From an uncultured Bacilli bacterium (GTDB taxonomy: Bacteria > Bacillota_I > Bacilli_A > RF39 > UBA660): a DNA stretch of 52,219 nucleotides. Both the position numbers and the translations under genes were made by a program. Each line of letters starts with the position of its first letter. Positions within the stretch are counted from its first letter, which is position 1. The notes under the pieces are model-generated. The model did not search any database. It saw only the letters and a program-made list of their open reading frames with translations, and was not told the DNA's origin. Location of the stretch: contig CALVKE010000025.1 of NCBI GenBank assembly GCA_944332535.1, positions 1 through 52,219 on the forward strand, in the 5' to 3' direction. This document shows, one piece after another, positions 46,230 through 52,219 of the stretch.

Positions 46230-47105
46230 GTGTTAGATTTATATAAAGATTCACAAAAAGAATTTTATGAGGCAATTTGTCATTCTATTTTGGATAAAAA
46301 AAGAATATCACATGCTTATTTTATTGAAACATCTACATTTGCAAATGGTAAAGAGCTGGCTCTTTCTTTTGCAAAATTTTTGCTTTGTCCGAATCATTAT
46401 TCCGATCTAGAGCAATGTGAAAACTGTTCTTTATGTCACCTTGTCGATGAGGGAGTCGATGATCATATTTATATTGTCGAACCAGATGGAATGTGGATAA
46501 AAAAAGAACAAATAGAAGTTTTAAAAGATGTTTTTAGTACGAAATCAATGGATGAATTACCACGTATTTATATTGTATATGAGGCGGACAAACTGAATAA
46601 ATCAGCAGCTAACTCTATGCTAAAGTTTATCGAGGAGCCAGAAGAAGGAATTATTGCTATTTTGGTAGCAGAAAATCGGTATCAAATTCTTCCTACTATT
46701 CTATCTCGGTGTCAAATTTATACCTTAATTGGGGAACAAGAAGAGATAAAAGAAGTAGAGGGAGACGACACTTTATGTGATTTTATACTTTCTTTGGAAA
46801 AACGTGGGACAGAAACTATTTGTTACATCAAAGATTTATGGTTTTCTTTCTATTCCAGCAAAGAGGATATGCAAAACGCTTTTTCGCGGATGGAACAGTT
46901 ATTTCTAGATGCTTTACATTATAAAGTGAAAGATTCTTCTTCTATTTCTTGCGATTTTTATTCTTTTCTATGCCAGAACAATACCGTTTCTTCTTTGATC
47001 CGAAAGTTAAATGTGATTCGTTTTTCCAAAGAGGCAATTCCCTATAATGTTAATCTTCCTTTATGGATGGACAAGTTTATTATTGATTACGTAGGAGGTG
47101 AATAG
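46230..47105 (+). CDS. holB: DNA polymerase III delta' subunit
   Basis: AAA+-like clamp-loader fold with SRC (LSRCQIY); likely GTG start at 46230 after AAGGAG (the ORF-track TTG at 46212 is an alternative). Confidence 0.85.
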   Translation: MLDLYKDSQKEFYEAICHSILDKKRISHAYFIETSTFANGKELALSFAKFLLCPNHYSDLEQCENCSLCHLVDEGVDDHIYIVEPDGMWIKKEQIEVLKDVFSTKSMDELPRIYIVYEADKLNKSAANSMLKFIEEPEEGIIAILVAENRYQILPTILSRCQIYTLIGEQEEIKEVEGDDTLCDFILSLEKRGTETICYIKDLWFSFYSSKEDMQNAFSRMEQLFLDALHYKVKDSSSISCDFYSFLCQNNTVSSLIRKLNVIRFSKEAIPYNVNLPLWMDKFIIDYVGGE

Positions 47106-47906
47106 ATGAAAAATTTGATTTATGTGCGTTATGAAAATGGCCTTTTGCATCCTTTTTCCGTAGAAGAGGAGGCAATTAAAAAAAATGATCTCGTTGTTGT
47201 TTCCACAAATCGTGGGAACCAGTTGGGAGAAGCAGTTTCTGAAATAAAAGAGTATTCGGAAGAAGATGTTCCCGATGATCTTTTTTCCGTCGTTCGTCTT
47301 GCGACGGAAGAAGATAAAGTGCAATTTGAAAAAAATCGCGAGGATGCTCAAAAGGCACTAGCTAAGGCCAAATCACTTGTTAACAGTCTTTCTTTGGAAA
47401 TGAAATTAGTGGATTGTTTTTATACTCTTGAGCGTAATCAATTACTTTTTACGTTTGTTTCGGATAATCGAGTGGATTTTCGAGAACTTGCGAAAAAGCT
47501 AGCCCAAATTTATAAAACAAGAATTGAACTTCGTCAAATTGGTGTTCGTGATAAAGCAAAAGAAATTGGCGGACTTGGTCCCTGTGGAAGATTCCTTTGT
47601 TGTAATTCTTTTTTAACTGACTTTGATAGTGTTTCTATTAATATGGCAAAAAATCAATATATCGCTTTAAATCCTACGAAAATTAATGGTGTTTGCGGTC
47701 GTCTTTTATGTTGTTTAAAATATGAAGATGATCAATATACAGAAATGAAGAAGTCTGCTCCTAAAATTGGTCAGCTTGTTGAAATGAATGGGGTTAAGGG
47801 AAAGGTTAGTTCCATTAATTTACTAACGAATACCGTAGTATTAGAACTTCCTAATCATACTTTTGTAAATTGTGATTTGAGGGATGGTTATGGAAGTATT
47901 AAATGA
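47106..47906 (+). CDS. ricT: PSP1-domain protein YaaT/RicT (stage 0 sporulation / RNase Y specificity complex)
   Basis: 266-aa ORF with a PSP1 domain and Cys clusters GPCGRFLCC and GVCGRLLCC. Confidence 0.88.
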   Translation: MKNLIYVRYENGLLHPFSVEEEAIKKNDLVVVSTNRGNQLGEAVSEIKEYSEEDVPDDLFSVVRLATEEDKVQFEKNREDAQKALAKAKSLVNSLSLEMKLVDCFYTLERNQLLFTFVSDNRVDFRELAKKLAQIYKTRIELRQIGVRDKAKEIGGLGPCGRFLCCNSFLTDFDSVSINMAKNQYIALNPTKINGVCGRLLCCLKYEDDQYTEMKKSAPKIGQLVEMNGVKGKVSSINLLTNTVVLELPNHTFVNCDLRDGYGSIK

Positions 47907-48636
47907 TCTATTAGGATACGAAAATTTGAAAATTTATCAAAATCCAGATTGGTTCAGTTTTTCTCTAGATTCGGTATTACTCCCGAACTTTGTAACAGTA
48001 AGAGCAAAAGTTGAAAATATTATTGATTTAGGTACTGGTAATTTACCCATTCCTTTAATTCTATCAACGAGAACAAAGAGGCCAATTGTTGCAGTAGAAA
48101 TTCAAGAAGATGTTTATCAATTAGCTTATAAAACGTTACAATATAATCATTTAGAAAATCAAATTACTTTGCTACATATGGATATCAAAGATCTTCCATC
48201 CTATTATTCACCGGATAGTTTTGATGTTGTAGTATCAAACCCTCCTTATTTTCGTTATCATTCCTCTTCGAATATTAACGAAGATATTCATAAAACGATC
48301 GCTCGTCATGAGAAAATGATAACTTTGGAAGAACTTATTTCTGTTGGAAGTTTCTTATTAAAAAATAAGGGAGTATTCGCTATGGTTCATCGTAGTGAAC
48401 GATTTCTAGAAATTTGTCAACTCTTCGAAAAATACCATATTACTCCTAAGAGAGTTCAATTTGTTTATCCAAAAGAGGGGGAGGAGTCCAATTTGGTTTT
48501 GATTGAAGGAATGAAAAATGGAAAATCTGGATTAAAGGTATTACCTCCTTTTTATGTACATTATGAAGATGGTAGTTACCGAAAGGAAGTATTAAAATTA
48601 TTTGAAAGGGAATCTTATGAGACAGAAAAGCTATGA
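47884..48636 (+). CDS. tRNA (adenine37-N6)-methyltransferase, YabB/TrmN6-like
   Basis: 250-aa ORF with the SAM motif DLGTGN and the NPPY motif (VVSNPPYF). Confidence 0.82.
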   Translation: MVMEVLNDLLGYENLKIYQNPDWFSFSLDSVLLPNFVTVRAKVENIIDLGTGNLPIPLILSTRTKRPIVAVEIQEDVYQLAYKTLQYNHLENQITLLHMDIKDLPSYYSPDSFDVVVSNPPYFRYHSSSNINEDIHKTIARHEKMITLEELISVGSFLLKNKGVFAMVHRSERFLEICQLFEKYHITPKRVQFVYPKEGEESNLVLIEGMKNGKSGLKVLPPFYVHYEDGSYRKEVLKLFERESYETEKL

Positions 48637-49465
48637 AGAAAAAGGATGTTTATATTTAATTCCGACTCCTATTGGAAATATGGAAGATATCACATTACGT
48701 GCGATCAAAACTTTGGAAGAGGTTGATTTTCTTTTATGTGAGGATACAAGAGTCGCATCGGAATTGTTGTATCATTTTCATATTAAAAAACGGTTAATCA
48801 GAAGTGACGAACATCATGAAGAAGCCATAAAAGAGATGGTTGTACAAAGTATTGCGGAAGGAAGTCGAGTAGGTTTAATAACAGATCGTGGTACTCCAAT
48901 TATTAGTGATCCTGGTTATCGCATTGCAGAATATGTGATAGCTTGTGGTTATGCGGTAATTTCTCTTCCAGGTCCAACCGCTTTTGTTCCCGCTTTAACG
49001 ATGTCTGGACTTGCTCCTTCGCCTTTTGTTTTTTATGGTTTTTTAAATCATAAAGGGGCTAAACGACGAAAGGAACTTGCCAAATTAAAAAATATTGCTT
49101 ATACTATGATATTTTATGAGGCCCCTCATCGTATTCAGGAAACATTAGAGGATATGCTTGCTATATTAGGAAATCGTAGAGTAGCACTTTGCCGAGAAAT
49201 TAGCAAACGTTACGAAGAGGTTATTCGTGGCTTGATTTCGGAAATTTTACCTTTGCTACCAGAATTAAAAGGAGAAATGGTTCTTGTAGTAGAAGGAAAT
49301 TCGCAAGAAGAAGATTTTTCTGATTTGTCTATTTTAGAACATATTCAACTTTACTTAGATGACGGGATGAGTGAAAAAGACGCAATTAAAAAAGTAGCGA
49401 CGGAAAGACATCTTTCCAAGTCGGTAGTCTATAAAGAATATCATGTAGGGAAGGGATCAAAATGA
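48617..49465 (+). CDS. rsmI: 16S rRNA (cytidine1402-2'-O)-methyltransferase
   Basis: Tetrapyrrole-methylase fold starting LYLIPTPIGN, with CEDTR; the ATG at 48617 is preferred over the ORF-track TTG at 48602. Confidence 0.92.
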   Translation: MRQKSYEEKGCLYLIPTPIGNMEDITLRAIKTLEEVDFLLCEDTRVASELLYHFHIKKRLIRSDEHHEEAIKEMVVQSIAEGSRVGLITDRGTPIISDPGYRIAEYVIACGYAVISLPGPTAFVPALTMSGLAPSPFVFYGFLNHKGAKRRKELAKLKNIAYTMIFYEAPHRIQETLEDMLAILGNRRVALCREISKRYEEVIRGLISEILPLLPELKGEMVLVVEGNSQEEDFSDLSILEHIQLYLDDGMSEKDAIKKVATERHLSKSVVYKEYHVGKGSK

Positions 49466-50031
49466 AATTAATCGTAGGACTTGGAAATCCTGGAAAACAA
49501 TACGAAAATACAAGACATAATATTGGTTATATGGTGTTGGATGCTTATGCAAAAGCTCATCAAATTTCGTTTCAAAAAGAAAAATTTCAGGGTATTTATG
49601 CAGAATTTTGGCACCAGGAAGAAAAAGTAATTCTATTAAAACCTTTGACTTTTATGAATCTAAGCGGAGAAGCTGTTCGTCGATATATGGATTTTTTCCA
49701 TATTGCTTTAGAAGATATTTTGATTATCAACGATGATTTAGATTTAGAAATTGGAACATTTAAACTAAAACCGTCTGGTTCTAGTGGAGGACACAACGGA
49801 TTAAAAAATATTGAACTCCATCTTCATAGTAATCAGTATAAAAGACTTAAAATTGGGATTTCTAATAATAAGAAGATGGACACCAAAGATTATGTTTTAG
49901 GCACTTTTACAACAGAAGAAAAAGAGATATTATCTCCTGTTTTAAAGCAAAGTATTTCGATTCTTGATGATTTTCTTTCTATGGATTTTGACTTGGTAAT
50001 GAATAAATATAATAGAAAACATACAGGGTGA
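49462..50031 (+). CDS. pth: Peptidyl-tRNA hydrolase
   Basis: 189-aa ORF with MKLIVGLGNPG, TRHNIG and GHNGLK motifs. Confidence 0.96.
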   Translation: MKLIVGLGNPGKQYENTRHNIGYMVLDAYAKAHQISFQKEKFQGIYAEFWHQEEKVILLKPLTFMNLSGEAVRRYMDFFHIALEDILIINDDLDLEIGTFKLKPSGSSGGHNGLKNIELHLHSNQYKRLKIGISNNKKMDTKDYVLGTFTTEEKEILSPVLKQSISILDDFLSMDFDLVMNKYNRKHTG

Positions 50032-50035
50032 TACT

Positions 50036-52219
50036 ATGAAACTATTTTCTAAATTTTTAGAAGAGACGAATCTTAAAAATATTGGCTTAACCGGTTTAAC
50101 GGACGAGCTTTTTTCTGTTTTATTAAAAGAAATCCAAGAAGAGAAAAACAAAGGGATTTTAGTTGTTACATCGTCTCTTTTTGAAGCTAATAAACTTTAT
50201 GAATTCGTTTTGGATTACACCGATAAAGTATTATTATTTCCAATGGATGATTTTTTAACAAGTGAAGCACTTGCTATTAGCCCTGATTTGATGATTCAGC
50301 GACTTGATACTTTGAATGCTCTTATGCAAGACAATAATAGAATTGTGATTACTAATTTGATGGGATATTTACGTTATCTTCCTACTCCTGAAGTATATCA
50401 AAATCATTTTTTAACTCTTCGTGTAGATCAAGATATTTCACCGGAGAATTTAGTGGAACAATTGTATCAAATGGGATATGTTCGAGATACTATCGTAACT
50501 AGAACTGGAGAATTTGCGGTTCGCGGTTTTGTCATCGATGTTTTTCCATTAGGATCCGATCATCCGGCTCGATTTGAATTCTTTGGAGATACCATCGATT
50601 CGATTCGTTATTTTGAAGAAGAAAGTCAAAAGTCTATTCAGGAAGTGAAAGAGGTAACCATTCGACCATACAGTGAATTTTTATTAGATTCAAATCAAAC
50701 GATTGAGGAAGAAAAACGGAAACAGAAATATTTAAAAGAATATTCTTCTTCTGTTGCTTCTATTCGTGATTATTTAAAGAGTAGTATTTTATGTTTTAAA
50801 GATTATACACAACTAGAAATTACTTATCGTTCTATTTTGGAAGAGGCAACTTCTTATCGACGTGATAAAGATACTTCTTATTCTGGAAATTACATGTTCG
50901 AATTACATCCTGTCGAAGATGCAATTTATTATTTAAGTATTGATAATTTATTAAAAGATTCTTCGATTCGTGTTTTTCCTTTTTCGAGTAAGCCAGTTCC
51001 TGTTTTTCATGAGAATATCGAAGCTATTCGAAAATATTTACGTGAGAACTTGGAACTTAATAAAACAATCGTTATCTGTTTAAAAGATTATCAAATGAAA
51101 AACTTTGTGAAGCATATTGATCTTCCTTATGTAATTAGTAATTTAGATTCCATTGTCTTAGGAAAAATTAATCTCGTTCATCATGTCATTCATCGTGGGT
51201 TTGTTTATCAAGATACTATATTTTTATCGGATAAGGATTTATTTCACGTAACAGAAGAAAAGAAAAAATATAAAACCTCTTTTAAATTTGCTAGCAAGAT
51301 CAAAGACATTAACAAATTAGAGATCGGCGATTATGTGGTACATGATGTGCATGGAATCGGAATTTATGATGGTATTCAGACCTTAAAGACAGGGGATATT
51401 ATCAAGGATTATATCGTTGTTCGTTATGAAGGAAAAGATAAGCTGTATATTCCTGTTGAAAAAATTGATTTATTAAGTAAATATGCCGGGAACGAAGGGT
51501 CACATATTAAAATTAATAAGCTTGGTGGAACAGAATGGGCCAAAACAAAAGCTCGGGTAAAGCATAAAATACAAGATGTTGCGAATCAATTGCTTCAATT
51601 ATATGCGGAACGTGAGATGAAGAAAGGATTTATGTTCCAGAAAGATACGGAACTTCAAAAAAGTTTTGAGGAAGAGTTTGCTTATGAAGCAACAGCAGAT
51701 CAGTTAAAAGCAACACAAGACATTAAAGAAGATATGGAATCCAGTCGACCAATGGATCGTCTCCTTTGTGGAGATGTTGGATATGGAAAGACCGAAGTTG
51801 CTTTTCGCGCTATTTTTAAAGCTGTGATGGATTCCAAACAAGTACTGTATCTTTGTCCTACGACCATTTTGTCGAATCAGCAATATCAAAATGCTTTAGA
51901 GCGTTTTCGTTCTTATCCTGTTCGTATTGCTCTTTTAAATCGCTTTACGACTCCCAAAGAGGCAAAAAGGATATTAGCTGGGTTAGAAGATGGAACAATT
52001 GACGTTGTATTTGGAACGCATCGCTTGTTAAGTTCTGATGTGAAACCAAAGGACTTAGGGTTATTGGTAATTGATGAGGAACAACGTTTTGGAGTAATGC
52101 ACAAAGAAAAAATCAAAGAATATAAGTCGAATGTGGATGTGTTAACCTTAACAGCAACTCCAATTCCTAGAACGTTACAAATGTCTATGATTGGAATTCG
52201 TTCTTTGTCTTTGATTGAG
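50036..52219 (+). CDS. mfd: Transcription-repair coupling factor Mfd (5' partial, runs off the window; not in ORF track)
   Basis: Open frame from the ATG at 50036 to the window end (728 codons, no stop). It has a UvrB-homology N-terminus, a CarD/RID region (GDYVVHDVHGIG) and helicase motif I (CGDVGYGKTEVA); pth-mfd synteny. Confidence 0.93.
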   Translation, partial: MKLFSKFLEETNLKNIGLTGLTDELFSVLLKEIQEEKNKGILVVTSSLFEANKLYEFVLDYTDKVLLFPMDDFLTSEALAISPDLMIQRLDTLNALMQDNNRIVITNLMGYLRYLPTPEVYQNHFLTLRVDQDISPENLVEQLYQMGYVRDTIVTRTGEFAVRGFVIDVFPLGSDHPARFEFFGDTIDSIRYFEEESQKSIQEVKEVTIRPYSEFLLDSNQTIEEEKRKQKYLKEYSSSVASIRDYLKSSILCFKDYTQLEITYRSILEEATSYRRDKDTSYSGNYMFELHPVEDAIYYLSIDNLLKDSSIRVFPFSSKPVPVFHENIEAIRKYLRENLELNKTIVICLKDYQMKNFVKHIDLPYVISNLDSIVLGKINLVHHVIHRGFVYQDTIFLSDKDLFHVTEEKKKYKTSFKFASKIKDINKLEIGDYVVHDVHGIGIYDGIQTLKTGDIIKDYIVVRYEGKDKLYIPVEKIDLLSKYAGNEGSHIKINKLGGTEWAKTKARVKHKIQDVANQLLQLYAEREMKKGFMFQKDTELQKSFEEEFAYEATADQLKATQDIKEDMESSRPMDRLLCGDVGYGKTEVAFRAIFKAVMDSKQVLYLCPTTILSNQQYQNALERFRSYPVRIALLNRFTTPKEAKRILAGLEDGTIDVVFGTHRLLSSDVKPKDLGLLVIDEEQRFGVMHKEKIKEYKSNVDVLTLTATPIPRTLQMSMIGIRSLSLIE

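Noticed and set aside
3283-52116. The other antisense or overlapping ORFs from the ORF track, for example inside mreB (8270-8689, 8552-8767), ynbB, the SDR, parA, mnmG, gyrB, gyrA and mfd (51704-51889, 51913-52116)
   Set aside because: Same reasoning as for secA: each lies opposite or overlaps a strongly supported conserved gene and has a low-complexity translation, so all are treated as non-coding.

Overview
This window is the replication-origin region of a low-GC, endospore-forming Firmicute chromosome; sporulation markers present are spoIIID, a SpoIIQ-like M23 protein, BofA-like and YaaT/RicT. Left to right it holds: secA-hpf-csp; an agr-type quorum-sensing locus (agrB plus an agrD missing from the ORF track, convergent with an AgrC-like kinase and a LytTR regulator); tagO/mreB/spoIIID/spoIIQ-like; housekeeping genes (rpiB, rpmE, SDR, small alarmone synthetase, dut); a Crp/Fnr regulator divergent from nrdDG; then the classic origin block ychF-abgT-DUF951-mscS-parB-parA-noc-rsmG-mnmG-mnmE-jag-yidC-rnpA-rpmH | oriC | dnaA-dnaN-(ComK-like)-recF-gyrB-gyrA. 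After a 2.3-kb non-coding gap come a short SRP RNA, tadA-dnaX-ybaB-recR-bofA-holB-yaaT-yabB-rsmI-pth and the 5' part of mfd, which runs off the window and is absent from the ORF track. I found no rRNA, tRNA, CRISPR, IS or prophage features. The main finding is the gyrA-tadA gap (about 40581-42659). It is very AT-rich, has no credible ORF, and carries nine copies of a consensus parS palindrome (TGTTTCACGTGAAACA). Eight of them are paired at a fixed 44-46 bp, in the same orientation, with a perfect Noc-binding-site palindrome (ATTTCCCGGGAAAT). This forms a tandem array of composite parS+NBS modules next to oriC. The window also encodes a ParB with a ParB-type recognition helix and a Noc-type paralog. 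The paralog lacks the N-terminal membrane-targeting peptide of B. subtilis Noc and carries a long low-complexity insertion. All calls come from reading the sequence and from memory of protein families; no database search was run.
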